The notes under the pieces are model-generated. The model was not told where the DNA came from, searched no databases, and saw only the letters and a program-made list of their open reading frames with translations. DNA of 64,000 nucleotides. Origin: Gemmatimonadota bacterium (GTDB lineage: Bacteria > Gemmatimonadota > Gemmatimonadetes > Gemmatimonadales > Gemmatimonadaceae). Shown piece after piece: positions 1 through 12,287 of the stretch (position 1 is the stretch's first letter; every line of letters starts with the position of its first letter). The stretch is taken from the NCBI GenBank assembly GCA_040389905.1, contig JAZJZK010000022.1:29774-93773 (forward strand), given 5' to 3'. Both the position numbers and the translations under genes were made by a program.

Positions 1-221
1 AGGCCGGCGGCGCGAAAGTCGATCGCGCTGATCAACTCTTGCGCGAAATCGCGCGGCTTCTTGCCGAGTGACTTGGCGAGCACCATCGCAACGTTGGTCG
101 CCCAGTCGCCAAACGCTGGGTCGCGCGGCCGCTCGAGCAGCGGTACAAACTCCGGCTGAGCCCCGAGCGAAACTGCGGCGCGTGACAATTCATTCCGGAG
201 CACATCCGTGCCCGCGCTCAC
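1..221 (-). CDS. argS: Arginine--tRNA ligase, N-terminal part (runs off the window edge)
   Basis: Manual translation from GTG at 221 (overlapping the upstream TGA) gives MSAGTDVLRNELSRAAVSLGAQPEFVPLLERPRDPAFGDWATNVAMVLAKSLGKKPRDFAQEL. This matches the ERP...GDxATNxA..LAK..K.PR pattern of the ArgRS N-terminal domain. Not in the ORF track. Confidence 0.85.
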   Translation of the reverse strand, partial: MSAGTDVLRNELSRAAVSLGAQPEFVPLLERPRDPAFGDWATNVAMVLAKSLGKKPRDFAQELISAIDFRAAG

Positions 222-655
222 TCGCCGGCGCTCGGCTTCGAAGGCGGAGCCGCCGGCTTGGCTTCCGCCTTGGGTTCGGCCTTTTTCTCGCTGCCGGCGG
301 AAGCCTCGCTCTTGCTGGCCGCAGCACCGCCGCCATCAGACGCGGGTGCACTCTTCGACGACTCGCCGCCCTCCTTGGCGCCGCTGTCTTTCGAGCCTCC
401 GTCCTTGGGAGCGGCGTCCTTGCTGGCCGTCTCGCCGCCGGACGCCGACGGGGGCGCCTCGCCGCGGTGTGCGTTCTTGCCGTAGTCCGTCAGGTAGAAG
501 CCCGATCCCTTGAAGGCAAATCCAGTTGCTGACATCATCCGTTCCGCCGCCTTCCCACAGGTGGGACAGGCGGCGGCAGACTCAGCCGTACCAATAGATC
601 TGTAGAACTTCTCGAACTCGTGCCCCTCGGGGCAACGAAACTCGTAAGTTGGCAT
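218..655 (-). CDS. FmdB-family zinc-ribbon protein with low-complexity Ala/Lys/Ser tail
   Basis: MPTYEFRC..GH.FE, CPTCG, and FKGSGFYLTDY motifs. Confidence 0.9.
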   Translation of the reverse strand: MPTYEFRCPEGHEFEKFYRSIGTAESAAACPTCGKAAERMMSATGFAFKGSGFYLTDYGKNAHRGEAPPSASGGETASKDAAPKDGGSKDSGAKEGGESSKSAPASDGGGAAASKSEASAGSEKKAEPKAEAKPAAPPSKPSAGE

Positions 656-791
656 CGATATGAGACTTAGGCTATTCCAGCGCGACTCAGAAGATTAGCC
701 AGCGCGTCAGTCGGGAACAAGGTCACAAATGTGATGGACCGCGGGCGTTGCGGCCGTGGCCGTCAGCTCGAGCGAAGTCCACGCACTGGTG

Positions 792-1323
792 TCAATGCGT
801 GAAGAACGACAACCCGGCAGAGAGGGACAACTCGCTATGCGCGCCCGATCCGGAACTCGCGGTGGACGTGACCGTCGCTTCGAATCTGCTGGCGAGACGA
901 TTGGACATCGGAATCTTCGCGCCCAGTCCCGCTCCTACACGGAGATTCGTCGTCGAGTTGCTGGTGGACGAACTCGACACACTCGACGTGCCAAATCCGA
1001 CAAAGGGCCGGACATACGTTCGCGACGCTGTCCGGTCGGCACTGAAATGGAATAGCGCCCCGACGTCGAGAATGAGGATCGTCGCACTGCTCGACCCCAC
1101 TTTGGAGAGCTCGAGTGAGCCCGCTGGTTCGATTGACACCGAAGGTGAATTTTCGAACCCGATGCGGATCCTGGACGCGGGCAACGCGAATCCGGTCCGG
1201 TGCGGCGAATCGAGTGATGTGGACAGCGTCGCGTCCATTCCGAGTTCGACCGGGGCGCCCTGCTGCGCGAGTACAGGTGCGGAGAGGGCAACCAGCATCG
1301 CAGTTGTGGCCAGATAACGCATG
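792..1323 (-). CDS. Small outer-membrane beta-barrel protein
   Basis: Signal peptide MRYLATTAMLVALSAPVLAQ, alternating beta-strand pattern, C-terminal AGLSFF. Start moved to ATG 1323; the ORF is open to 1373. Confidence 0.7.
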
Positions 1324-1369
1324 AGTCTCCCGGCGAAGGTTAGAAGTCCCGCGCGACGTGCGGATGTGC

Positions 1370-2962
<1,593 letters not shown>

Positions 2963-3049
2963 AGCCTGAAGTTATTCAGGGGACAGGCGTCAGGGGACAG
3001 GACCTGCACGTCTGTGACCGAAGGCCCGGCACGTGTGCCATTCCACGAT

Positions 3050-3139
3050 TGTCACCCCGAGTGAGCGAAGCGAATCGAGGGGTCTGCACCTCGTACACAG
3101 GCGGCAGGTGCAGATCCCTCGACTTCGCTCGGGATGACA
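3050..3139. repeat. REP-like palindromic element, full two-arm copy (family A)
   Basis: TGTCACCCCGAG...GAGGGGTCTGCACCT and AGGTGCAGATCCCTCGACTTCGCTCGGGATGACA form inverted arms; related copies occur elsewhere in the window. Confidence 0.85.
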
Positions 3140-3162
3140 TGCAAGGCCATGCGCCGCAGCAG

Positions 3163-4191
3163 CTACGCTCCGACGAGCTCCGAGTGATGCGCGTACGTCA
3201 GCGTGGCGAGGTCGGTGTCGCGCTTGCTGCCGATGAAGAGCGGCGTGCGCTGATGCAACTCGGAAGGGTTGATGTCGAGAATGCGGCGCACGCCGTCCGT
3301 CGCGCCGCCGCCCGCCTGCTCGCAGATGAAGGCCAACGGGTTCGCTTCATACAGCAAACGCAGCTTGCCCACCGTCGCCTTGTTGTTCGACGGATAGCAG
3401 AATACGCCGCCGCCGAGGAGGTTCCGATGGAAATCGGCAACCAGTGAGCCGACGTAACGGACACTGAGCGGCTTCCGATCGCCCTCCAGCCCGCGATACT
3501 TCCGCATCAACTGTTTCGTCGCTTCGTCCCACGAGCCTTCGTACGAGTCATTCACGGACAGATAGCGGCCCTCATCGGGTATTCGGATATTCGGGTGCGA
3601 GAGCAGGAATTCGCCGATCGAGGGGTCGAGCGTAAAGCCATGCACACCCTGCCCCGTGGTGTAGACGAGCATCGTGCTCGACCCATAGATCACATAGCCC
3701 GACGCCACCTGGCGCCGGCCGGGCTGGAGCATGTCCTCCATCTCGCCCTGCCGTCCGCGCGTGATCTTCTGCACCACGCTGAAGATGGTCCCGACCGGCA
3801 CATTGACGTCGATATTCGATGAACCGTCGAGCGGATCGAACAGCAGGCAATACTTACCTGTGCGAAACCCCTCCGGGATCTGGATGATGTCAGGTTCCTC
3901 CTCGGACGCCATGGCGCAGAGGCGCCCACCATGATCCATCGCCTTGATGATGGTGTCATTGGCAAAGACGTCGAGCTTCTGCTGGATTTCGCCCTGCACG
4001 TTCGAGTTGTCCGTGGAACCGAGAATGTCGGCGAGCCCGGCTCGGCGCACCTTGTTCGCGATCATCTTCGCCGCCAACGCCATGTCGTACAGGATGCCGG
4101 AGAGCTCGCCCGTCGCCTCCGGGTGCATCCGCTCCTGCTCGATGATGAACCGCTCGATCGTGACGACCGACGTCGCTGTGTGTTGAACCAC
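3163..4191 (-). CDS. fbp: Fructose-1,6-bisphosphatase class 1
   Basis: NVQGEIQQKLDV, SEE, FDPLDGSSNID, RYVGSLVADFHR and GKLRLLYEANP motifs. Confidence 0.97.
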   Translation of the reverse strand: MVQHTATSVVTIERFIIEQERMHPEATGELSGILYDMALAAKMIANKVRRAGLADILGSTDNSNVQGEIQQKLDVFANDTIIKAMDHGGRLCAMASEEEPDIIQIPEGFRTGKYCLLFDPLDGSSNIDVNVPVGTIFSVVQKITRGRQGEMEDMLQPGRRQVASGYVIYGSSTMLVYTTGQGVHGFTLDPSIGEFLLSHPNIRIPDEGRYLSVNDSYEGSWDEATKQLMRKYRGLEGDRKPLSVRYVGSLVADFHRNLLGGGVFCYPSNNKATVGKLRLLYEANPLAFICEQAGGGATDGVRRILDINPSELHQRTPLFIGSKRDTDLATLTYAHHSELVGA

Positions 4192-4200
4192 AGGCTGCCT

Positions 4201-4590
4201 CTACGCGGTGGAGTGAGCGCTCAGCCTACGCGCCGCGAAAGTGCGCGCCTCGGCTTCATACGGATTGTCGGCGTAACCGTGTCGAATGCTTCGCCACAGG
4301 TAGCGCAGCGGAAACAGGGAATCTGCCTGAAACTGACGGACATGTGCGAGTTCGTGCAAGAGCAGTTCCGGATCGTGCACCGCATGTGTGGCGACGCACA
4401 CCGTTCGCCACAGCGTGATGCCCGAGACCGACGCCGCACCCAGGCACCATCCGCCGATGCGGAGCATCGCCCCTCCCCTGCGCCAGCGCGCCTGCGCGAG
4501 CTCGGGGAACTGCGACAACAACTCCGCTGAAAGTGCGAAGCGGTCACCGAATAGCCAAGTCTGAAACGACGCGAAGATTCGAGTATTCAT
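4201..4590 (-). CDS. Hypothetical HExxH protein (DUF4157-like)
   Basis: GITL...[11 protein letters not shown]...[11 protein letters not shown] at 4590 overlaps the comEC stop. Confidence 0.7.
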   Translation of the reverse strand: MNTRIFASFQTWLFGDRFALSAELLSQFPELAQARWRRGGAMLRIGGWCLGAASVSGITLWRTVCVATHAVHDPELLLHELAHVRQFQADSLFPLRYLWRSIRHGYADNPYEAEARTFAARRLSAHSTA

Positions 4591-6803
4591 CTGGTGACTT
4601 GTCGCTGAACATTCCACTGCTGTCCGTTCGCCGACACGCCTATCGCGTCGGGTCGGAAACGGAGCACAACAGTTCCGAGCTGGTCGGTACGTAATATCTC
4701 GGCGCCGGCCTCGCGCAACGCCTCCATGATTTGTGCTGAGGGATGACCATATGCATTGTGCGCGCCGACGCTCACAAGGGCGATTCGCGGTCGTACTGCG
4801 TCGAGAAATGCCGGCGTTGTACTCGTCGAGCTGCCATGATGGCCCACTTTCAACACGTCCGCCGTGAGTGCCTCGCGCGAATGAGCCAGAAGCCAGTCTT
4901 CTTCGGCAGCTTCCGCGTCGCCCGTAAACAGCACGTGTGCGCCACCGATGCGTGCGACGAGCACGCTGCTCGCGAGATTCGCGTCGGTGAGAGCCGCCGT
5001 CCACGCGGAATCGGGAGCAAGAGCAGTCAGGACGATATCGTCGACGACCAGTGAATCGCCAGGACGCACGCGTTGCCACGGCATCCGTCTCTCGCGCGCA
5101 GCGGCAAGCGCAGCAACGTACGGGGCGCTCGTACCGACGTACCCCGGATCGAGAAAGCGCGCCGGCCGCAGCATCGTAAACAGCGACGCCGCGCCCCCCA
5201 CATGATCGGAGTGTGGGTGCGAAAGCACGAACAACGCAACGTCTCCACCCCGGTGGGCGAGGTACGGCACGACGGTGCTCTTGCCGGCGTCACCGCCAAT
5301 CCAGCTCCTGCCGGCATCGATGACGATCCATCGCCCGCGCGACGTCCGCAACGCAATGGCGTCTCCCTGCCCCACGTCGATCATGTGGAGCTCCGGCACA
5401 CCATGGTGCGGCACGAGCGGCTCGATGATCAGCGCGCTCATCGCACCCAACGCGACAACGAGCGCGCGACCACTGTTTTTCGTAACGCACGCGACGACGA
5501 TGGCAATCGATGTAACGCCAGCGGCGACCGCCCCAGCGGCCGTTGGAAGGACGAGAGGAGCGGCGCCGGGAACTACGTCCGCGGCGCGCGCGATCCCGTC
5601 GAACGCAAGGAGCAATGCGTGTGCGGCGTCGGCGGAGAAGTTTTCGACGGGCGCGATTGGGACGATCACGGCGAGGAACAACACGGGTTGGAGTAGCCCC
5701 ATGATCGGATCGGCCAGCAGGTTACTCAGAGGCCCCAATAGGGAGACACGACCAAAGGTCCACGCCACCAGTGGCGCGGTTACGAGTGTGGCGACGATGC
5801 TGATCAGCGCAGACGCTGCGAGGCTGCGACGCGCACCCTTCCATCGCTTCGGGATCGTGCGCTTCGACAACGCGCCTCCGGCAATGAGTGCCGCCGTCCC
5901 GGCAACGCTGAGTTGCCAGCCGAGGTCGAGGGCGGTGCGCGGATCGATGAGTGGTGCGGCCGCACCCAGTGCGAGTATCGCCCACGGCGACGTCGGACGC
6001 TGAAGGACGCGCGTCATGAGCAACGCGCCAAGCATCACGGCGGCGCGTACGGCCGGAGGCGGCGCACCGATTGCCATGACATATCCCGCGAGAATGATGA
6101 GCGTGGCAAGTCGTGCCGGCGTTCGCGGCAAACGGAGAATGGACGCGAGGAGTTCCAGTGCCAGCGCGATAATTCCGACGTGCAGTCCTGAGACGCTGAT
6201 CATGTGCACGAGCCCGGAGCGAGCGAACCGGTCACGCTGTTCGGGAGGAATACCGCTCATGTCACCGATGACCAGCGCGCGCGCCATGGCGGCATCGCTG
6301 CGAAAAATCCGATCGATACGTCGCGCGGTGGCCGCTCGAAGCATGGAAAGAAGTTCCCCGCGCGTCACGGCGGTGATCGTGGCGTCCTCGATGAACAGTC
6401 CTCGTTCGTCCGTGGTCGCGCGACCTCGAACGACGCCGCGCTCGCCCGCGCTCGCATGTCCGTCTGCCACAATCACCATCGCTCGGGCCGAACACCCGTC
6501 GGCAGCTACGTGGGCCTTTGCCGCGCCGCGCGACGCGTCCGTGTCGAAACTCGCGATCCATTCGTGACGCCGCGCCAACCGCGCACCACACGTGGCATCA
6601 TGCGACGTAACGGCGACGGCGATAAGCGTCGCCGCCGCGGCGATCGCACCAACGGACGCCGACGCGCGCCGACCGGTGGCGAACAATGCGAGTGTGGCGA
6701 CAAGCGTGGCCGCACACAACGCGAGCTGCGCGCTCGAACCGACGCTCAACGCGACGATGAGCGCCGCGGCATAGGTCAGGGTAGTCCAGGCGACGAGCGG
6801 CAC
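4587..6803 (-). CDS. comEC: DNA internalization competence protein ComEC/Rec2
   Basis: [10 protein letters not shown] competence motif, multiple TM segments, and an MBL domain with DVGQGD, SHPHSDH, TGDAE and GHHGS. Confidence 0.95.
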   Translation of the reverse strand: MPLVAWTTLTYAAALIVALSVGSSAQLALCAATLVATLALFATGRRASASVGAIAAAATLIAVAVTSHDATCGARLARRHEWIASFDTDASRGAAKAHVAADGCSARAMVIVADGHASAGERGVVRGRATTDERGLFIEDATITAVTRGELLSMLRAATARRIDRIFRSDAAMARALVIGDMSGIPPEQRDRFARSGLVHMISVSGLHVGIIALALELLASILRLPRTPARLATLIILAGYVMAIGAPPPAVRAAVMLGALLMTRVLQRPTSPWAILALGAAAPLIDPRTALDLGWQLSVAGTAALIAGGALSKRTIPKRWKGARRSLAASALISIVATLVTAPLVAWTFGRVSLLGPLSNLLADPIMGLLQPVLFLAVIVPIAPVENFSADAAHALLLAFDGIARAADVVPGAAPLVLPTAAGAVAAGVTSIAIVVACVTKNSGRALVVALGAMSALIIEPLVPHHGVPELHMIDVGQGDAIALRTSRGRWIVIDAGRSWIGGDAGKSTVVPYLAHRGGDVALFVLSHPHSDHVGGAASLFTMLRPARFLDPGYVGTSAPYVAALAAARERRMPWQRVRPGDSLVVDDIVLTALAPDSAWTAALTDANLASSVLVARIGGAHVLFTGDAEAAEEDWLLAHSREALTADVLKVGHHGSSTSTTPAFLDAVRPRIALVSVGAHNAYGHPSAQIMEALREAGAEILRTDQLGTVVLRFRPDAIGVSANGQQWNVQRQVTR

Positions 6804-6870
6804 TGCGCAAAGAAGCGACTTCCTTGCGTCGGCGCGTCACCGAATTCGTGCCGAGCGTGGCGTTTTCCTG

Positions 6871-8205
6871 CTAACCCGCCATTGGGAGTGGCTGGCGCTC
6901 GCGGACGATGCTACCGGTGAACGTCGATCCGGTCGTCCCGGTCAGCTCGACCGTGAAGTACTTCCCCAGCATGGTCGAATCTCCCGGTACGAGTACCGTT
7001 TTGAAATCGCGCGTGCGAGACATCAGCATGGCTTCCCCACGCTTGGCCTCGCGTTCCACGAGCACCTCGTGCCGAGTTCCGAGCAATCCAAGGTTGCGCT
7101 GGCGCGTCGCCGATCGAACCGTCTCGACGAGCCGCTGCAAACGCTCTCCAGCGACGTCGGCGGGTACCGAGAGCTCGGACGGAAGCCGCGTCGCAGGCGT
7201 GCCGTCGCGCGGCGAGAAAATGAAGGTGAACGCGTCGGAGAATCCAACCGTACGTACCGCGCTCAATGTCTCGTCGAACTCCTCGTCGGTCTCTCCCGGA
7301 AATCCAACGATGATATCGGTCGTGAGCGTTACGCCAGGAATGGCTTTGCGAATCCGCTCGACACACTCGAGGTATCCCTCGCGCGTGTAGCGACGCAACA
7401 TTCGCTTGAGCGTGCGCGATGACCCACTCTGCATCGGCAAGTGAACGTGCTCGCAGACCGTGGGCACTTCGGCCATTGCCGCAATGACGCGCTCACTGAA
7501 GTCATTCGGGTGCGGACTCGTGTACCGCACCCGGCGAATGCCCGGCACCGTGCCGACAGCGCGAAGCAAGTCGGCAAAGTCGTGCACGCCATCGTTGTAC
7601 GAGTTCACCGTCTGTCCGAGCAGCACGACTTCGCTCATTCCGTCAGCGACGACACCGTGCGTCTCACGCACGACGTCCTCGAGACGCCTGCTGCGTTCGG
7701 AGCCGCGCGTCGTCGGCACGATGCAATACGTACAGCGATAATCGCATCCGCGTTGCACCGGGATCCACGCCTTCACCTTGTCGAAGCGGCGCGGCGTAAA
7801 ATCCTCGTAGTGCTCTTCGAGATCGAACGTGGTGTTGATGGCAATGTCGCCGCGACGGGCACCATCGACCAGCTGCGGCAGGGCGCGATAGCCATCTGGC
7901 CCAACCACCAGCGATACGTGCTTCGCCTTTTCGAGCAGCTGTGGCCCGAGTCGCTGGGCCATGCAGCCGGTCACGCCCATGATCGAGTCCTTCGTCATGT
8001 GGCGTTTCAGTTCACCAAGCCGGCCGATCACTCGCTGCTCGGCGTGATCGCGAATGGCGCAGGTGTTGAGCAGGATGACGTCGGCACCGTCCGGCTTATC
8101 GACGCTTTCGTAGCCGGCGCTCGCGAGCCGCCCGAGCATGAGCTCGGAGTCGCTCACGTTCATCTGGCAGCCGTACGTCTCGATGTACACGGTCGGTTTC
8201 GACAT
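6871..8205 (-). CDS. miaB: tRNA-2-methylthio-N6-dimethylallyladenosine synthase
   Basis: TYGCQMNVSDSE, NTCAIR, GCMAQ, radical-SAM CDYRCTYC motif, C-terminal TRAM domain. Confidence 0.96.
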   Translation of the reverse strand: MSKPTVYIETYGCQMNVSDSELMLGRLASAGYESVDKPDGADVILLNTCAIRDHAEQRVIGRLGELKRHMTKDSIMGVTGCMAQRLGPQLLEKAKHVSLVVGPDGYRALPQLVDGARRGDIAINTTFDLEEHYEDFTPRRFDKVKAWIPVQRGCDYRCTYCIVPTTRGSERSRRLEDVVRETHGVVADGMSEVVLLGQTVNSYNDGVHDFADLLRAVGTVPGIRRVRYTSPHPNDFSERVIAAMAEVPTVCEHVHLPMQSGSSRTLKRMLRRYTREGYLECVERIRKAIPGVTLTTDIIVGFPGETDEEFDETLSAVRTVGFSDAFTFIFSPRDGTPATRLPSELSVPADVAGERLQRLVETVRSATRQRNLGLLGTRHEVLVEREAKRGEAMLMSRTRDFKTVLVPGDSTMLGKYFTVELTGTTGSTFTGSIVRERQPLPMAG

Positions 8206-8214
8206 GCTCGTAAT

Positions 8215-9402
8215 CTACCCGCCGATTGGGACGGACGCGGATGGCGGGTGCTCCGGAAGCCAGAAGTGAAACGCACTCCCGACCATATCGCCACCGCTCT
8301 TTACCCAGATGCGACCACCATGCGCTTCGACGACGAGCTTGCAGAAGGCCAGGCCGAGGCCGGAGCTCCGCACGCGCGGGATGTGCGGCGTCTTCACCTG
8401 CTCGAACTTCCGGAAGATGAGCTCGTGATACTCGGCCGGAATGCCCACGCCGTTGTCCGCCACCGTGAACAGGGTGCCGCCATTTTCCTTGCGCGCGCCC
8501 AGCGTCAGCGTCACGGCACGCGCCGAGTGCGTGAGCGAATTCTGCACGAGGTTGCCGAAGACGCGCTTGAGCAAGGCCTGGTCTGCCTCGATCACGGGTG
8601 CATCGTCGGCGACGTCTAGCAGGACCGTCGCGTGCTCCTGCTGCGCGCGAATGTCCCAGTCGCGGCGGACCTCAGCGAGAATCGTCGCAGGGGGCGTCAG
8701 GGTCAGATCGAGCGCGAGCCGAGTCTCCTCGAGGCGCGCGACTTCGAGCAGATCCTCGATCAGGCCGAGCAGATCCTCCGCGCGCGCTTCGGCATCGCCC
8801 AACGCTGACCGCTGTTCGGCGGTGAGCGTCCCGAAGTCCCCATCGATGAGCATTTCCATCGCGCCGATGATGGACGTGAGCGGCGACTTCAGGTCGTGGA
8901 CAATCATCTTCATCAGGTCGTCGCGAACCTTCTCGAGCTCCTTCTGCTTCCGCAGACTTTCCTCGAGCGCATCCGTCGCCGCCTTGAGCTTGAGCAGCGA
9001 GCGGACGCGCGCGCCGAGCACCAAGCGATTGTGCGGCTTCGTCAGGAAATCATCGCCACCCGCTTCGATCGCCTTCACCCGGTCGGTCGTGTCGTTCAGC
9101 GCCGTAACGAAGATGACCGGAATACGCGCCGTCCTCGAGTCACGCTTGATGCGACGACAGACCTCGAATCCGGTGGACCGATCGTCCACGCCGAGGTCGC
9201 CGGCGGGCATCGACACATCGAGGATGCAAAGATCCGGAAGCTTCTCGAAGCAGGTCTGGAGCGCCGAGGGGCCGTCAGAGGCCGCGATCGCGCGAAAGCC
9301 GAGAACGTGGAGTTGATCGAAGAGAAGCTCCACGTTCGCGGGAACGTCGTCCGCCACGAGAATGATCGGCGCATCAGCCGGTGGTGGAACGAGTCCAGTC
9401 AT
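8215..9402 (-). CDS. Cytoplasmic hybrid receiver / histidine kinase
   Basis: Receiver motifs (VADD, LDVSMP, FVTA, LTKP), followed by H-box VHDLKSP and N/G boxes (NLVQN, DNGVG, GLGL). Confidence 0.92.
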   Translation of the reverse strand: MTGLVPPPADAPIILVADDVPANVELLFDQLHVLGFRAIAASDGPSALQTCFEKLPDLCILDVSMPAGDLGVDDRSTGFEVCRRIKRDSRTARIPVIFVTALNDTTDRVKAIEAGGDDFLTKPHNRLVLGARVRSLLKLKAATDALEESLRKQKELEKVRDDLMKMIVHDLKSPLTSIIGAMEMLIDGDFGTLTAEQRSALGDAEARAEDLLGLIEDLLEVARLEETRLALDLTLTPPATILAEVRRDWDIRAQQEHATVLLDVADDAPVIEADQALLKRVFGNLVQNSLTHSARAVTLTLGARKENGGTLFTVADNGVGIPAEYHELIFRKFEQVKTPHIPRVRSSGLGLAFCKLVVEAHGGRIWVKSGGDMVGSAFHFWLPEHPPSASVPIGG

Positions 9403-9408
9403 GTCGGT

Positions 9409-10545
9409 TCAGGGGCGAACGGTGACGCCGATGCTGAGCGTAAACGCAGTTTCCGACAGGTTTGCGCCGGCCTTTCGCGTGGCGCGGATGCCGGCAATGT
9501 CGAACGCGGCACGGCCACGCGCCATGAGCGTGCCCGCGCCGAAGGAGTAGCTGTCCTCACTCACGCTTGTCGACGCCAGGCCGAATGGGAGCGTTCGGCT
9601 CCGCATGCCGGCGCGCAATTGCACCGGGTTCTGACCGAGGTGCGGCCCGAGAATATCGGCGCCGAAGCTCGTGTCCCAGCCATCGGTGATGTGCACATTG
9701 GACGAGCCGAGCAGGTTCATGCGCGACCAGGTGTCCTTCGCGCGCCGAGCGGCGATCGTCGTGCCCTTGATGCCGGTGTACGCCGCGCTGAAGGCGAGCC
9801 GGTCAGGCACGTGCGCATTCGAAATCGTGGTATCTCCGCGCTTGATGGAGAGCGGGCCACCACGCCGGTACGATCCGGTGATGGAAAAGGCCTTTCCGGA
9901 GACTTCCACGCCGGTGGAGAATGCCTTCCCAGTGTAGCCGACCGTTGCGGTGTCGACGAGCGCCGCGAAGCGCGAGCTGTCGTCGAACACCTGGCTCGTC
10001 GAGACGCGGTTGTCACCCGTGACGGCGTGCGCAGCCGCGCCAACCTTGAGCCAGCTGCGCGGGTTCCAGGCGAGCGCGACCCGCACATCGCCAATGGCGC
10101 CATCACTCTTGAAGCGGTTCGTGGTGGCGAGCGACGTATCACCGATGGATGCGTTGCTCCGCGTCGTCGTCTCGAAGCTCCGCTCGAGAAGATTCGAGAG
10201 GCTGAGGCCGAGCATCACCGTCGGCGTCACTGGAAACGCCGCGACCACGAGCGGATATCGCGCAACGGAACTCTTCTCCGACACGGCGCCGATGTGCAGC
10301 GTGCGATACTCGGGCTCCGCCTGGAAATACAGCGCCGAGCCACCGAAGTACGAAATCACCGCGGGGTTGGTCGCGGAGAGCGGGTCGATGTCCCCCATCG
10401 CACCGCCGGTGCCGAGCGAACGCGTGCTGAGTTGTCCGCTCGGATATCCGAAACCGAGCTGCGAGATGGTACCCTGTGCGCAGAGCGGCGTGGCAGAGAC
10501 CAACGCGGCCAGCAGATAGCGGGTTGTCGTAGTGCGCATCATCAC
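9409..10545 (-). CDS. Probable outer-membrane beta-barrel protein (FadL/TodX-like N-terminus)
   Basis: Signal peptide, RSLGTGG...NPA N-terminal motif, amphipathic beta strands; translationally coupled to the upstream lipoprotein. Confidence 0.6.
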   Translation of the reverse strand: MMMRTTTTRYLLAALVSATPLCAQGTISQLGFGYPSGQLSTRSLGTGGAMGDIDPLSATNPAVISYFGGSALYFQAEPEYRTLHIGAVSEKSSVARYPLVVAAFPVTPTVMLGLSLSNLLERSFETTTRSNASIGDTSLATTNRFKSDGAIGDVRVALAWNPRSWLKVGAAAHAVTGDNRVSTSQVFDDSSRFAALVDTATVGYTGKAFSTGVEVSGKAFSITGSYRRGGPLSIKRGDTTISNAHVPDRLAFSAAYTGIKGTTIAARRAKDTWSRMNLLGSSNVHITDGWDTSFGADILGPHLGQNPVQLRAGMRSRTLPFGLASTSVSEDSYSFGAGTLMARGRAAFDIAGIRATRKAGANLSETAFTLSIGVTVRP

Positions 10546-11825
10546 GGAATTCCAAAGCCGCGACGCGGCACGTAGGTGAGGCGAAGGCGCGGGCGGAGTG
10601 CCGCCAATCCCTCGATGGACGTGAAGCTCAACTCGCCCGCCACCGCACCCTCTTCCGCGGGTCGAAGGACGATCGATCGAGAGGTGTTCTTCTCACCCAC
10701 GGCTTTCCAGAAGCGCACGAGATTCACCAGCTCGATGCTCTTGGTCCCACTGCCTGTCGGGACGAAGCGCACCGAATCGACGCCGTATGCCGTCGGGCTG
10801 CCCATGAAGGAGAGCGCGGTCGTCACGTCAGTGACGGACGGCGACGCCAGAATAGGGTGCGTGAAGATCGTCAGCGTGTCATTGGTGCGCCCAGTGGAGC
10901 GGCCTGGCACCTGATTCAGCAGCAGCGAGGCGCGGATCACCTGCACCGAATCGCTGAGCGTCGACGGCAAATCGAATTTCAGATACGCGCGCGCACCGGC
11001 GATACCGCCGATCACGAAGGTCCCTGGCGGCGGTGGCGGCAGCGCGCCCTTCACGACAACGGGGTACACGGCGAGCGTCGCCTGGATGTACTCGTTGTCC
11101 GTAGGCGTGAGCGACGTCAGGAACACGGTGTCGGGTTTGACGCTCGTATCGGCCGACACCCTGAAGCGAAGGCGTGGCGAGAACGAGGACGCGATCATCT
11201 TGAGCCGCGCCGATCCGGTGGAGCTCGACACCCGCAGCCCGATCCGAAGGTTCAAGGTGTCCTTGATCTTCGCGAACACCTTGTCGTTGTTCAGCGTCAG
11301 GCGGACGGTATCCTTGAAATCGCCCTTCTGGAACGTCTGCGAACCGATCAAGCGGTCAGCGCGGAACAGCGGAATCAGCGTCGACGGCAGTGTGTCGTTC
11401 GCCGTCGTGTCCACGTCGAATGCGTCGATCGTCAGGGGAAAGGTGGGCGCGGACGCCAGCGTGTCGACGACGAAAAGCATCGTCGTACTATCGACCATGC
11501 GGATGAGGCTGTCCGCCAACGTGACCGGGAATGGGTAGATCGCCGGCAACGTATCGAACCGCGTGACCACGCGCACATCGGCCGTATCGCCTTTGTCGAG
11601 CATCGACAGGTCGCGGCTCTCGCCCAGACGAGGGTAGCCGAACAGCGACGAATCGAGGACGACGGCGCCGAGGAGCGTCGTGTCGCGCAACGTTCCGCTC
11701 TCATCGGAGCAGAGCGACGGACACCCAGCACTCACGGCGACGTTCTCGCTACACCCGCCGAGCAATCCTATGAACAGGAACGCCGCGAAGGCGATCCGGA
11801 GAATCCGGTCAGACACTACGTACAC
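10542..11825 (-). CDS. Hypothetical lipoprotein
   Basis: Lipobox LGGC after a hydrophobic stretch; 427-aa ORF in operon with cdd and deoB; ends RPRLRLTY. Confidence 0.7.
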   Translation of the reverse strand: MYVVSDRILRIAFAAFLFIGLLGGCSENVAVSAGCPSLCSDESGTLRDTTLLGAVVLDSSLFGYPRLGESRDLSMLDKGDTADVRVVTRFDTLPAIYPFPVTLADSLIRMVDSTTMLFVVDTLASAPTFPLTIDAFDVDTTANDTLPSTLIPLFRADRLIGSQTFQKGDFKDTVRLTLNNDKVFAKIKDTLNLRIGLRVSSSTGSARLKMIASSFSPRLRFRVSADTSVKPDTVFLTSLTPTDNEYIQATLAVYPVVVKGALPPPPPGTFVIGGIAGARAYLKFDLPSTLSDSVQVIRASLLLNQVPGRSTGRTNDTLTIFTHPILASPSVTDVTTALSFMGSPTAYGVDSVRFVPTGSGTKSIELVNLVRFWKAVGEKNTSRSIVLRPAEEGAVAGELSFTSIEGLAALRPRLRLTYVPRRGFGIP

Positions 11826-11849
11826 TCCATCCGTAAACGTCGAGGCGCA

Positions 11850-12287
11850 TCAGCGGCGCCCAAGTGACGTGGGGGTAAAAGCCTGGGGAAGAAGGTCCGA
11901 GATGGACCACTGCTGCTCCGCGCCCTTCGTCGTAATGCTGAGAACGACGAGTTGCGGCGCGAACTCGACCAGTACCTGCCGACAGATCCCGCATGGCGGA
12001 GTCGGCGATTCCGCTTCGGTGGCGATCGCGATCGCCGTGAATTCCCGCGTGCCGCGCACGATCGCCGCCGACACTGCGGCTCGCTCCGCACAGATCCCGG
12101 CAGGATACGACGCGTTCTCGACATTACAGCCAATCGAAATCGAGCCATCCAAACCCAGCACCGCCGCGCCGACACGAAAGTTCGAATACGGCGCGTAGGC
12201 GTGACGCATGGCCGCCACCGCGTGCTCTCGAAGATTGGCAAGGTCCAGCGGCGTGGACCTGGCAATTCTCACGGCGCGCGCACTCAT
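11850..12287 (-). CDS. cdd: Cytidine deaminase
   Basis: AYAPYSNFRVGAA, NVENASY, CAER and PCGICRQ motifs. Confidence 0.96.
   Translation of the reverse strand: MSARAVRIARSTPLDLANLREHAVAAMRHAYAPYSNFRVGAAVLGLDGSISIGCNVENASYPAGICAERAAVSAAIVRGTREFTAIAIATEAESPTPPCGICRQVLVEFAPQLVVLSITTKGAEQQWSISDLLPQAFTPTSLGRR

Noticed and set aside
4590..5079. N-terminal extension of ORF 4201-5079, and similar extensions of ORFs starting at 18236, 20678, 32969, 37294 and 42354
   Set aside because: The extensions overlap neighbouring genes or repeats; downstream starts fit RBS, signal peptide or family N-termini better.
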